DNA of 50,003 nt, taken from positions 1-50,003 of the forward strand of contig JAEZBU010000098.1 in assembly GCA_023426855.1 (NCBI GenBank), given 5' to 3'. The first letter of the stretch is position 1. Each line of letters opens with the position of its first letter. The DNA is from Pseudomonadota bacterium (GTDB lineage Bacteria; Pseudomonadota; Alphaproteobacteria; Rhizobiales; Hyphomicrobiaceae). Made by a program: the position numbers and the translations under genes. This document shows, one piece after another, positions 17,116-26,791 of the stretch. The notes beneath the pieces were generated by a model. It made no database searches, was not told where the DNA came from, and worked only from the letters and a program-made list of their open reading frames with translations.

Positions 17116-18198
17116 TCAGGACGCGTCCACCCGGGGGAGTACGATCAAAGCGGCTTCAGGAGCTTCTACGAGAACGGTATCGCCGACTTCATAAATGACT
17201 TTGTCGTTGTTCTTGATGCGAAGTTCGGCATTTCCATTCGGCGGTGCGAGTACATATTCATAACCCGAACCAAGAAAGCGCCTGGCCGTGACGGTAGCTT
17301 CGAAAAGCGCGTCTTCTTTATTGCTGGCGCTGGGATGAAGGTTCAGTTGCTCGGTCTTTATGAAAAGCGTGCCGGCTCCGACGGGAAATCGTGCGTTTGG
17401 TAGTTTGAGCATGCCTAGCGGCGTCGATGCGACCAGCATGCCTCCGGAGCCCGTGCCGATGGTGACCGGCAATTCGATAGGATCACCGAGGAAGCGTGCC
17501 GTGAAAGCTTGCGTCGGTGATTTGTAGAGCGCTTCCGGAGCGCCGACCTCAACGATATTGCCGGCTTCCATGACGGCAATGGTGTCCGACAACGACAGGG
17601 CTTCGGCTTGATCGTGCGTCACCAGAACGGTGGTAATTCCGATGCGGCTTTGCAGAGCCTTAAGCTCATTGCGCATCTGATCGCGCAGCGCCGCGTCGAG
17701 ATTACTGAGAGGCTCGTCGAGCAACAGCACATCGGGTTCCGTCGCAATGGCGCGCGCAAGCGCAACGCGCTGCTGTTGTCCACCGCTGAGCTGGGTCGCG
17801 GATCGATCCTTCAGATGATCCAGACCGACTGTTTTGAGAGCCGCAAGCGCGCTTTGCTCAGGATTCTTCAGTTTTCGGACGCGACCCGGAAACGCCACGT
17901 TCTCGAGCACCGACATATGCGGCCATATCGCGTACGACTGAAAAACCATGCCGATGTTGCGCCGGTTCGGCGGCATGAAAACGCCGGTGCGCTGGTCGAA
18001 CACTATGTTGTTCCGCACCGCCATACGGCCGCCCTCGGGCCGTTCCAATCCGGCAATGCAGCGCAGAAGTGTGGTCTTGCCACATCCGCTCGGACCCAGA
18101 AGCGTAAAGAACTGGCCTTCGGAAACATTCAGCGACACGTGGCGGAGAACCAGATCTCCGTTGCCATATCGTTTGGCGACATTTTCGATCGCAATCAT
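17116..18198 (-). CDS. ABC transporter ATP-binding protein (FbpC/PotA-like)
   Basis: GPSGCGKT, FQSYAIWPHM, LSGGQQQR, LLDEPLSNLD; TOBE-like C-terminus. Confidence 0.94.
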   Translation of the reverse strand: MIAIENVAKRYGNGDLVLRHVSLNVSEGQFFTLLGPSGCGKTTLLRCIAGLERPEGGRMAVRNNIVFDQRTGVFMPPNRRNIGMVFQSYAIWPHMSVLENVAFPGRVRKLKNPEQSALAALKTVGLDHLKDRSATQLSGGQQQRVALARAIATEPDVLLLDEPLSNLDAALRDQMRNELKALQSRIGITTVLVTHDQAEALSLSDTIAVMEAGNIVEVGAPEALYKSPTQAFTARFLGDPIELPVTIGTGSGGMLVASTPLGMLKLPNARFPVGAGTLFIKTEQLNLHPSASNKEDALFEATVTARRFLGSGYEYVLAPPNGNAELRIKNNDKVIYEVGDTVLVEAPEAALIVLPRVDAS

Positions 18199-18300
18199 GA
18201 GCGCGGTAGCATCCAACGTTCGACCAGTCGATGACGTTCTCCACTATTGGCAACTTCGCTCCAATATGCAATTTTATTTCTCGTGATTGATGAGGGCGAA

Positions 18301-19044
18301 GTGAATTCAGCACTCCCTGGAAAAATCGCCGTGGTGACCGGCGCTGCGAGCGGCATTGGTCGCGCGACGGCGATTCTGCTTGCGGGCCAAGGCGCTGATG
18401 TAATCGCAATGGACGTCGGCGAAGCTGCAAACAATGCAGTTGCCGCCGAAATCACAGCGCAGGGCAGATCGTGCACGGCGGTGTCGCTCGACGTGGCGCA
18501 ATCGGCTTCGGTCGACAATGCGATCAAGCATGTCGTTGCCACGAAAGGGCGCATCGACGTCCTGGTGCATTGCGCCGGCATTTGTCCGCGGCAGACGATC
18601 CTCGATATGACCGACGATGAATGGCGTCAGGTTCTGTCCGTGAACCTCGATGGCACATTCTACCTTACACGGGCGGTCGGACGCGTCATGGCAGATCAGC
18701 GTGCGGGCACCATGATCCTGATTACATCGGATCGCGGAACATATGGTAGTGCGGACTATGCGCATTATGCCGCTTCAAAAGGCGGAATGCTGGCGCTGAC
18801 GAAAAGCCTGGCGATCGCGCTGGGGCCCTATGGCGTAACCGTCAATGGATTAAACCCAGGCTTTACGGACACGCCGCTCGCACGCGCTGCTTTCACCGAT
18901 GCAGACTGGCTCAAGCGTCGCGGCCATGATCCGCTTGGGCGCAGCAGCATGCCGGAAGACATTGCGCAGACAGTGCTGTTTTTGGCTGCGACGGGCGGGA
19001 CCTACATGACTGGCCAGATCGTCACGACACGCATGCGTTTTTAG
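18301..19044 (+). CDS. SDR family oxidoreductase
   Basis: TGAASGIG, HCAG, YAASK, NPGFTDT. GTG start after GAGGG. Confidence 0.93.
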   Translation: MNSALPGKIAVVTGAASGIGRATAILLAGQGADVIAMDVGEAANNAVAAEITAQGRSCTAVSLDVAQSASVDNAIKHVVATKGRIDVLVHCAGICPRQTILDMTDDEWRQVLSVNLDGTFYLTRAVGRVMADQRAGTMILITSDRGTYGSADYAHYAASKGGMLALTKSLAIALGPYGVTVNGLNPGFTDTPLARAAFTDADWLKRRGHDPLGRSSMPEDIAQTVLFLAATGGTYMTGQIVTTRMRF

Positions 19045-19122
19045 TATCACGAGATCTGTGGAATTCCAGGCATTATTCGATTTTCAATACGCGATCGAGA
19101 CTGAAGAAAGAGGATACTAGGC

Positions 19123-20493
19123 GTGCAAAAAGCCCGCGAAGTCGAAAGCGCAGTCAATATCCGGCGGCTGGGTCATCTGGATCTGCCGGGCGGCGGCCAG
19201 GTCACGGTGGTTGGGGATTATGCCTATGTCGGGCATCTCTATCCGCCACTGGGCACGTCCATCATCGACATTTCCGATCCGCGCAAGCCGCGCCTCGTAT
19301 CGCAGGTCATGCTGCCCGACACTTATACCCATTCGCACAAGGTGCGGGTTGTCGGCGACCTGATGTTCACGAACCACGAGCAGGAGCAGCGCTATTATTA
19401 CCGCAAAGGCGAAATGCTGGCTGTTTACGCCGAGGCGGCCAGGAAGCAGTTAGGTCGCGAACCCACCGACGCAGAACTTGCCGCTTTCATGTCGGGCAAT
19501 ATCAACGACAATGGCAAACTGCTGACGCTGACCGAAAAGGACGTTAAGCGGCTGCGCGAGGCCGGCAAGCGCGGCTATCACGAAGGCGGGTTCAGAATTT
19601 GGGACATTTCAAATAAAGCCGAACCGAAACTGATCAAACATCAGAACACTTTTGGCTGGGGTGTTCACCGCTTCGACCTGGATAGCAAATACATCTATAC
19701 GTCGACGGAGTGGGAGGGATACCTCGGCAATATCGTCGTGATTTACGACATCAGCGATCCGACCAAGCCACACTACGTTTCCCACTGGGGCATTCCGGGC
19801 CAGCATATCGCTGGCGGTGAGCAGCCGCACTGGGTCGAGGATAACTGGCGCGTCCATCACGCATTGCGTCAGGGTAATGAACTATGGGTATCCGGATTGT
19901 GGGCGGGTTTCTTCGGAGTCGATATCTCCGACATCCACAATCCCAAAACGATTGCCCATCATAATTATCATCCGCCGTTCCCGGAGCCGACGCACACCGT
20001 TTTGCCGATGCCTTTCGAGGTGGGCGGTCGCCGCGTTGCCGTCGTGGCGGACGAAACCCAGATCCATCGCCGTGGACAGCCGCACGGAATGATGTGGCTG
20101 TTCGATATTACCGACTTGAGCCAGATCAAGCCACTGTCGGTATTTACGGTCAGTCCGCTGCACACGCCATGGGCGCGGCCGGATTCGTGGTTTGGCTGTC
20201 ATCAGTTCCAGGAACATTTCGAGGATACGTCGGTTTGCGCAGCTTGGTTTGCTGGCGGCGTCCGTATTATTGACATCAAGGATCCGACGCAGCCGGTCGA
20301 AACCGGCTATTTCGTTCCGGAACCGAGCGGTGGCGCCACCTCAGTCGGCACTAACGATGTCGACGTCGATGGGCGTGGCCTGATCTATACGATCGATCGC
20401 TACAACGGATTTGATATTCTTGAGCGCACGGGCCATACGCCAATCCCGGAAGATGGCGATGACGGGCACGGTCACGGATGTGGCTGTGAGTGA
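19123..20493 (+). CDS. LVIVD-repeat beta-propeller protein, His-rich, probable metalloenzyme
   Basis: Repeated xxDISDP motifs (IIDISDP, IWDISNK, IYDISDP, GVDISDI, LFDITDL, IIDIKDP); no signal peptide. Confidence 0.85.
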   Translation: MQKAREVESAVNIRRLGHLDLPGGGQVTVVGDYAYVGHLYPPLGTSIIDISDPRKPRLVSQVMLPDTYTHSHKVRVVGDLMFTNHEQEQRYYYRKGEMLAVYAEAARKQLGREPTDAELAAFMSGNINDNGKLLTLTEKDVKRLREAGKRGYHEGGFRIWDISNKAEPKLIKHQNTFGWGVHRFDLDSKYIYTSTEWEGYLGNIVVIYDISDPTKPHYVSHWGIPGQHIAGGEQPHWVEDNWRVHHALRQGNELWVSGLWAGFFGVDISDIHNPKTIAHHNYHPPFPEPTHTVLPMPFEVGGRRVAVVADETQIHRRGQPHGMMWLFDITDLSQIKPLSVFTVSPLHTPWARPDSWFGCHQFQEHFEDTSVCAAWFAGGVRIIDIKDPTQPVETGYFVPEPSGGATSVGTNDVDVDGRGLIYTIDRYNGFDILERTGHTPIPEDGDDGHGHGCGCE

Positions 20494-20502
20494 GTTTCAA
20501 AA

Positions 20503-20526
20503 AAAGGGTGCCGAAAGGCACCCTTT
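20503..20526. terminator. Bidirectional intrinsic terminator
   Basis: AAAGGGTGCC-GAAA-GGCACCCTTT perfect hairpin with an A-tract on the left and T-rich right flank, between convergent genes. Confidence 0.88.
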
Positions 20527-20536
20527 ATTCATTGCG

Positions 20537-21493
20537 CTACTTGCGGATCACTTCATTCAGAGGGTGCTGGCCCGCACCCACGCGACGGATGTTCTCCGCC
20601 GCAGCTTTGGCGAGATTCATCAATACGTCGACTGTCGTTCCAGCAATGTGTGGAGTCAGGACGACGTTTGAAAGTTGAAGCAGTGGATCATCTGGATTTG
20701 CCGGTTCTTCCCAATAAACGTCTATGCCGCATCCGCCTAGATGGCCGCTCTTGAGTGCCTGGTAGAGGGCGTCTTTCTGGACGATAGGCGCGCGGGCAAT
20801 ATTGATGAAAATGCTGCCACGCTTCATTTTTGCAAAGTGATCCGGCCCCAGGAATTCCCTGGTTTCGTTTCCGAGCGGAAGGTGGAGCGAAATAAAATCG
20901 GATTCCGCGAGGACACGGTCGAGCTGATCCATCTGCCCGAGGAATGTCAACCCTAATTCCTGCGCCAGGTTCGGATCCGCGCTGCGCTTTACGCCGATGA
21001 CCCGCATGCCCAGACCGGACACCATTTTTGTCAGCTCCGTGCCGGTATTACCGACACCGATCAATCCGAGCGTTTTGCCGGTCAGTCCAATGGTCGTGAC
21101 CGAAGCAAGTTTGCGTTGGCCGACAGCCGCAGCGCTATCTCCTGCCTTTTTGGCCACCGCCATCATCAGGTAAAGCGCATGCTCGGCGACCATGCGATCG
21201 CCGCCAGATACTGTGGCCGGAATGTTTGCGACTGGAATACCTTTGCCAGCGGCGTGCGCGAAATCGACACCCACGACGTGCTGACCCAAACGCTGCAGAA
21301 GCTTGAGCTTCGGCATGGCGTCCATGGTGGCCGCGTCGACCGGAACATCGCGCAATAGCAGAACTTCCGCATCCGCCCCCTGTTCGACCAGGGAGCGGGA
21401 GGCGTCGTATTCGCGAACGGTAAAGTCCGGTCCCAGAACCTGCGCGAGGAAGTTCTGGGGGTCCAGACCAGGAGCCGCCTTGAGGATGATCAT
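20537..21493 (-). CDS. D-isomer-specific 2-hydroxyacid dehydrogenase
   Basis: GLIGVGNTG, SLHLPL, INIAR, DVYWEEP, TPHIAG (Arg/Glu/His triad). Confidence 0.92.
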   Translation of the reverse strand: MIILKAAPGLDPQNFLAQVLGPDFTVREYDASRSLVEQGADAEVLLLRDVPVDAATMDAMPKLKLLQRLGQHVVGVDFAHAAGKGIPVANIPATVSGGDRMVAEHALYLMMAVAKKAGDSAAAVGQRKLASVTTIGLTGKTLGLIGVGNTGTELTKMVSGLGMRVIGVKRSADPNLAQELGLTFLGQMDQLDRVLAESDFISLHLPLGNETREFLGPDHFAKMKRGSIFINIARAPIVQKDALYQALKSGHLGGCGIDVYWEEPANPDDPLLQLSNVVLTPHIAGTTVDVLMNLAKAAAENIRRVGAGQHPLNEVIRK

Positions 21494-22470
21494 TCAGCGG
21501 CCTTGAGCGGTGGGAGTTCGGAAGCCCACTGCTTCACGGACACCTTATTTGTGAGGGTGCCGATGCCTTCAATCTCGCAACGAACGGTTTGACCGGGCTT
21601 CAGCCACTTTCCGCTGACGAGAGCGTTACCCGTGGTGCTGCCGGTCGTGACGATATCGCCGGGAACGAGCGTGATATAGCGCGACACGAACGCGACGATG
21701 CGCTCAACCGGCCACAACAAGCCTGCCGTCGTATCGTCCTGACGGAGTTCTTCGTCAACCCAGGTGCGAATGCGCAAAGTATTAGGGTCGGCGATCTCCG
21801 AGGCCGGCACGATCCATGGGCCAAATGGTGCGAATGTATCGCCCGCCTTGCCGCGCGGAGAGTCGTAACGACCAGACCAGGAGGGAACGTCGCGAAGGCA
21901 AGCGTCATTCAGGATCGAATATCCAAAGATGTAGTCGCGCGCTTCTTCCGGTTTAATGCCCGAGCACTTCCGGCCAATGACGACGGACAATTCGTTTTCG
22001 TAATCCCAGTCTTTTGAATCGGGCGGAAATACGATGTCCTCGCCGTCGCCAACAAGGGATGTCGGGGGCTTGAAGAACGAGATCTTGACGTCCTGCGGCC
22101 ATTCCTCTTTCGGCAGGCCCCAGTCGCTGAGATAGCGGCCGTATGAATTGCCGCAACATACGATCTTGCTGGGCGCAACGACCGGTGACATCAGGCGAAC
22201 ACTCGAAAGCGGCGACCACAGAGATTTGTATTGTTCGGCGTGCGCATCGCCGAATTTAACCGCGTCGGCGAAGTCGCTGAGATTGTTGTGATTGAAGCGG
22301 ACAAAAAGCGTCATGTCATCGGGCACGCGCGATTCGGCGATGCGACGGTAGTGCGGCGTGCGTTCGTTTTCGAAGAGATAGACTGCATAAAGCGCGCGCA
22401 AGTCCCACACACGATCGCCGCTGACCACGCCGATACGCGGCTCTACGTTGACATAAGTGACGAGTTTCAT
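21490..22470 (-). CDS. Fumarylacetoacetate hydrolase-family protein
   Basis: KIVCCGNSY, FFKPPTSL, DYENEL, ILND...RD, GKAGDTFAPFGP, PGDIVTTG. Confidence 0.92.
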   Translation of the reverse strand: MKLVTYVNVEPRIGVVSGDRVWDLRALYAVYLFENERTPHYRRIAESRVPDDMTLFVRFNHNNLSDFADAVKFGDAHAEQYKSLWSPLSSVRLMSPVVAPSKIVCCGNSYGRYLSDWGLPKEEWPQDVKISFFKPPTSLVGDGEDIVFPPDSKDWDYENELSVVIGRKCSGIKPEEARDYIFGYSILNDACLRDVPSWSGRYDSPRGKAGDTFAPFGPWIVPASEIADPNTLRIRTWVDEELRQDDTTAGLLWPVERIVAFVSRYITLVPGDIVTTGSTTGNALVSGKWLKPGQTVRCEIEGIGTLTNKVSVKQWASELPPLKAAE

Positions 22471-22500
22471 TCCAGCTTGTCCTGTTTTTGTATGTTCTGA

Positions 22501-23184
22501 CTAGTTGCCATCGGGCGGCATCACGCCCGTGCAAACCCAAACCACTTCGGCTGGCTCTTCGCTAAGCGAAACGCAGGCGTGGCCCATTTCGCTATCGAAA
22601 TAAATGCTGTCCCCCGCATCAAGAACGACGGGGGAATAGTGCTCCGTGAAGACCTGCACTTGCCCTGCTAGCACCAGCATGAATTCCTCTCCTTCATGCT
22701 GGACCCAGCCATCGAATTCCTCGATCGTCCGCGCCAAAATCTTGGCTTTGAAGGGTAGCAGGCTTTTGCGCGACAATTCGGTCGCCAGTAGTTCAAACGT
22801 GTACGTGGCCGTTAGGTGCGGCACGCCGGCATCTGTCCGGGTGACGCTCCTCCGGCCCATCGGCAGGCTGTGCTTGCGCTGCTCGAAAAGTTCGACCAGA
22901 TCGATGCTGAGCCCGCGCGAAATCTTCTGCAGGACATCGTACGTCGGCGAAACCTGTCCATTTTCAATTTTGGACAACGCCGACCGCGAGACGCCGGAGC
23001 GCTGCCCCAATTCTTCGAGCGTAAGGTTTCGCTCGCTCCTCAGTCGCTTGAGCTTTGAACCGAGATCGTTGTTATCCTCGGACGCACGAAGCACCGTCGG
23101 CGCCCGAAGGGATGAGGATGGCCTGGCAAGCACTCCAGTGGCTTGGTGATTTGACTTGCGTGCACGCTGGGATTGCCTTGGCAT
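22501..23184 (-). CDS. XRE-family HTH + cupin transcriptional regulator
   Basis: LKRLRSERNLTLEELGQRSGVSRSALSKIENGQVSPT; HEGEEF...GDSIYFDSEMGH. Confidence 0.93.
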   Translation of the reverse strand: MPRQSQRARKSNHQATGVLARPSSSLRAPTVLRASEDNNDLGSKLKRLRSERNLTLEELGQRSGVSRSALSKIENGQVSPTYDVLQKISRGLSIDLVELFEQRKHSLPMGRRSVTRTDAGVPHLTATYTFELLATELSRKSLLPFKAKILARTIEEFDGWVQHEGEEFMLVLAGQVQVFTEHYSPVVLDAGDSIYFDSEMGHACVSLSEEPAEVVWVCTGVMPPDGN

Positions 23185-23259
23185 CGGTAGCGACGTTTCT
23201 CGTTCGTTTACGGGGTGGACACCCTATCCGCGCTTTGCCAGCCCGGATAGGGTAAAGTA

Positions 23260-24357
23260 TCAGCGGCCGCGCAAGAATTTCTGTTCCGCGATGCGGCTCA
23301 ACCGCGCAAAACGCGATTTCTCGATCTCGCCGAAAAACGTCACGCTGGCGAAGTTCTTGAGATCGAGGGCGTACTGACCTTTGAGGTTGCCAAACAGCAA
23401 TCCACCTTTCAGTTTTTCATCGATTTGCTGAAGGGTGCTCGCCTCAGTCGCAAACTCCATCAAAAGGGCTGCCGCATACGAATTCGGCGCGTCCTTCAGA
23501 ACGGATACGGTGATCCCGACGCCGAGAAGCGGATCGGAAAACACAAAGTCAACCGGCGCGCCCTTCGACTTGAGATCGACGGGGCGGTGCGCGCCGAGGT
23601 TCCATGCGATGTCGACTTGACCGGTGCTCAAGCCGTCAGACAGAGCGGCCATGCTCGGATACAGGCGGTTTTGCTGGACTGCGAGTTTGTCGATCAGGGC
23701 GTTGGCTGGCGCTTCACCCATCGCCTGCTCAAGGCCATCGAACAGAGATTCGAGATGCGAGGTGGTGCCCAGTTTTCCTTTCCATTTCGGATCTGCGAGG
23801 GCCTCGAGCGTGCGCGGTGCGGCGGCCGAGTCTACGCGGTCCGTGCGCCACGCGATGGTCGCAGGAAGAACGTGATAAACAATGGCCGTCCAGCCTTCCT
23901 TTTCGCTACCGAATAGAAAGCGCTTGTCGAATTCACCCCACGTTGTCGGCACGTAGCCGCCAAGCGAATCCTTCACGAGGGGCAGCCACGGCACGTTTGA
24001 AATCGCCAGATCGCCACCGAGTCGTTTGGCGCGCGTTTCCATGTTGGCGCGTTCAACGAGTTCCGGTTCGCGCAGGCGCACGAAGTCGACCTTGATGTCA
24101 GGATACTTCGCGCGGAAAGGCGCCAGCAGCATCTCTGCGAAGTCGATACCAAGAGCGCCGTAAACGACGAGCTTACCTTCGCGCTTGGCTTCCTTTTCCA
24201 GCACGGCGCGGCGTTCAGCCGGTTCGAGTTTGTTGAGATAAGTCCACACTTCCGCGCTTCCCGACGCCGGAGGCGCAGAGGATTGCGCGAAAGCTGCGGG
24301 GGCCACGAACATGCTCAGCACAGCGCCGAGCATATGACGTCGTTTCAAGTGCATCAT
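23260..24357 (-). CDS. ABC transporter substrate-binding protein (Fe3+/thiamine-like cluster)
   Basis: Signal peptide (KRRHML...AFA), AKREGKLVVYG, FRAKYPDIKV, LADPKWKGK, APNSYAAAL; AAGGGAG RBS. Confidence 0.85.
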   Translation of the reverse strand: MMHLKRRHMLGAVLSMFVAPAAFAQSSAPPASGSAEVWTYLNKLEPAERRAVLEKEAKREGKLVVYGALGIDFAEMLLAPFRAKYPDIKVDFVRLREPELVERANMETRAKRLGGDLAISNVPWLPLVKDSLGGYVPTTWGEFDKRFLFGSEKEGWTAIVYHVLPATIAWRTDRVDSAAAPRTLEALADPKWKGKLGTTSHLESLFDGLEQAMGEAPANALIDKLAVQQNRLYPSMAALSDGLSTGQVDIAWNLGAHRPVDLKSKGAPVDFVFSDPLLGVGITVSVLKDAPNSYAAALLMEFATEASTLQQIDEKLKGGLLFGNLKGQYALDLKNFASVTFFGEIEKSRFARLSRIAEQKFLRGR

Positions 24358-24613
24358 CACTACTCCCTTTTGGCCCGCCAAGACGGCTAAACAGGCGGAG
24401 TTGATGATAGTGGAGAATATCTCCTGCGACAATCATGAACGCGGCGTGGGCGATTTATGGGTATTATGGTGCGTGACGGCGTGCCTGGATGGAAGCGCTT
24501 GTGGGCTATCCAAGGCTCAGCACTCATGTGGACCGGAGTTTTCACCCTCGCCTGTTGGGAAGAACCGGGCAGGGCACGTCGGGCGCGGGCCGCAGACAAA
24601 GGGAGCATTCTCG

Positions 24614-25513
24614 ATGACCCTCACAATTTCGGCCGCGGACGTCGCTAGAGTGCTCAAGTACGATGCGCTGATACCGGCGATGGAAATGGCTCTCGCCGAT
24701 TTCTCTGCCGGACGCGTCATCCAACCCGTACGCAATATGCTCACGATCGAGGAGGGACAACGCTTCCTTGGCGTCATGCCTGCCGTCGCACCTGGAGGCA
24801 TGGGTGCCAAGCTCGTGAGCTTTTATCCCAAGAACGCCGGTTCCGATGTGCCGACGCATTTGGCGATGATCTTGTTGTTTGAGCCCGAAACCGGCCAACC
24901 ATTGGCGTGCATGGATGGACGCCTCATCACCGAGATGCGCACCGCTGCCGCCTCAGCGGCTGTGACGAAGTACGCCGCTTCCAAAGGCGCGAAGGTTCTG
25001 GCGCTGCTGGGCAGCGGTGTTCAGGCGCACGCGCATCTCGAGGCCCTTCGGCATGTTTGCGAATTCACCGAAGTCCGCGTTTGGAGCCGGACGCCGGAGC
25101 GCGCACGACGCTTTGCCGACGCGCATGGCGTCACGGCGATGGACCTCGAGGCGGCCGTGCAGGGTGCGGATATCATCGTGACGGCGACAAATGCACAGGA
25201 GCCTTTCCTGAAGGGCGAATGGCTCAAGGAAGGTGCGCACGTGAATGCAGTTGGTTCGCCGCGTCCAACTTGGCGCGAGTTGGACGACGTCGTCATGGGC
25301 AAAACGCTGATCGTCGATTCCCGTGAGGCCGTCCTGAAGGAATCCGGGGACGTGATCCTGTCAAATGCCACCATCTTTGCCGAGGCAGGGGAGGTGTTCG
25401 CCGGGTTGAAGCCTCTCGTGCGCTCAGCAACAACCGTGTTCAAGTCTGTGGGTATTGGGGTTCAGGATATCGCAACCGCGCGACTGGTGTACGACGCCAT
25501 GACCCTGAACTGA
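24614..25513 (+). CDS. Ornithine cyclodeaminase / mu-crystallin (ketimine reductase) family protein
   Basis: GAKLVSFYPKN, ITEMRTAAASA, LLGSGVQA, HVNAVG, FKSVGIGVQD. Confidence 0.93.
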   Translation: MTLTISAADVARVLKYDALIPAMEMALADFSAGRVIQPVRNMLTIEEGQRFLGVMPAVAPGGMGAKLVSFYPKNAGSDVPTHLAMILLFEPETGQPLACMDGRLITEMRTAAASAAVTKYAASKGAKVLALLGSGVQAHAHLEALRHVCEFTEVRVWSRTPERARRFADAHGVTAMDLEAAVQGADIIVTATNAQEPFLKGEWLKEGAHVNAVGSPRPTWRELDDVVMGKTLIVDSREAVLKESGDVILSNATIFAEAGEVFAGLKPLVRSATTVFKSVGIGVQDIATARLVYDAMTLN

Positions 25514-25552
25514 CACACGTGGAGGACACGTGGAGGCGGGTAAAAACGAAAA

Positions 25553-25581
25553 CAGCCGGCACCCTGTTTGGGCACCGGCTG
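25553..25581. terminator. Imperfect hairpin between convergent genes, possible terminator
   Basis: CAGCCGG...CCGGCTG inverted repeat preceded by an A-rich tract. Confidence 0.45.
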
Positions 25582-25608
25582 AGGTTCAATGACGTCAGCG
25601 TCTGAGTG

Positions 25609-26436
25609 TCAGCGCTTCATCCAGTAGAAGATGTCGGCCGGCGACGGCGTCTCGCGGGAATACTCGAAGTTGGACGTGTAGATGCCGCCCTGGTAGCGCT
25701 CGGCGACGTCGCCGATCGAGTCGTTGTTGACCTCCGCCGCATAGTCCTCGGCGTTGTCCTTCACCTGGTAGCCGAGCTCCGCGTCACGCGTGCTGTTCCA
25801 CCAGCGGCGCGTGTTGTTGGAAGCCCCCCAGACCACGCGGCAGCCGAGATCCGGCGCCGTCAGGCCGGCAGCAACCAGACCGACGAGGTCGGGATAGCTC
25901 AGCCATGACGACAGGTGGCGGCGCTCGGTCGGTTTGGGCACGCACGAACCGATGCGGATGGAGAGGCTCTCGAGGGCGTACTTGTCCCAGTACATGCGGC
26001 CGAACATCTCACCATACACTTTCGAGATGCCGTAGAAGCCGTCCGGCCGGTGATCGCAATTCTCGTCGAGTTTTTCCGTGCGCTCGTGGAAGCCGATGGA
26101 GTGTACCGAACTGGCGAAGATCACGCGCGCTTTGGCTTTACGGGCCAGTTCGAAGATATTGTAGGTGCCGATGAAGTTCGGTCCGATCACTTCATCGAAT
26201 GGGCGGTCGATGGCTACGGCACCGAAATGCACGATAGCCGAAACCTCGTTGGCCATCGCGTCGAAGGCGGCCTTATCGGACAGATCCTGCTTGCGGAATT
26301 CGCTACCCTGCGGGATGGCGTCGGGGAAATCCGCGATATCGCTCAGTATCATCGCGTGTCCCTTTTCCGCAAGACCCGTCGTCAGAACGCGGCCGAGTGC
26401 GCCGGATGCCCCGGTCAGAAGGACTTTCTTGGACAT
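25609..26436 (-). CDS. NAD-dependent epimerase/dehydratase family, uronate dehydrogenase (Udh)-like
   Basis: TGASGALG, FASSVHSIG, PDGFYGISK, SIRIGS, RHLSSWLSYPD, VWGASNN, YQGG. Confidence 0.82.
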   Translation of the reverse strand: MSKKVLLTGASGALGRVLTTGLAEKGHAMILSDIADFPDAIPQGSEFRKQDLSDKAAFDAMANEVSAIVHFGAVAIDRPFDEVIGPNFIGTYNIFELARKAKARVIFASSVHSIGFHERTEKLDENCDHRPDGFYGISKVYGEMFGRMYWDKYALESLSIRIGSCVPKPTERRHLSSWLSYPDLVGLVAAGLTAPDLGCRVVWGASNNTRRWWNSTRDAELGYQVKDNAEDYAAEVNNDSIGDVAERYQGGIYTSNFEYSRETPSPADIFYWMKR

Positions 26437-26791
26437 GAGAGTTCTCGTCTTTCTTCTATGAGCCTTGCAATTGGTGGTTTGGCTGGCTTCAGGTCCCGAT
26501 CGCAGCTTTGCGAAGGCACGGCCGGATCACTGATGTCCGGAGCGAGCATCAGGCCCTGAAGATGGGCTGGCTGACTCTTGCTCAAGCAGGCCCTACACGT
26601 CAAATGCTATCGATGTATCCACATGGATATAGCGTATGGCCGCACGGTGGCGCGCGCCAGATACATGCCGTCACTGACAGGGTGAGCGGATAGCAACGCG
26701 CGCCGCTTTAGCTCACGGGCGCCTTTAGGTGGTGTCAGTTGGACATCAAGCAACCGATCTATTTCGCCGCACAGTGACGCGGGCGCGTACC

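Noticed and set aside
26437..26791. 355-bp intergenic region with TATCCA-CA-TGGATA palindrome as an sRNA or another operator box
   Set aside because: Spacing differs from the TATCR-N5-YGATA boxes, there is no partner at 20 bp, and no recognisable RNA family.
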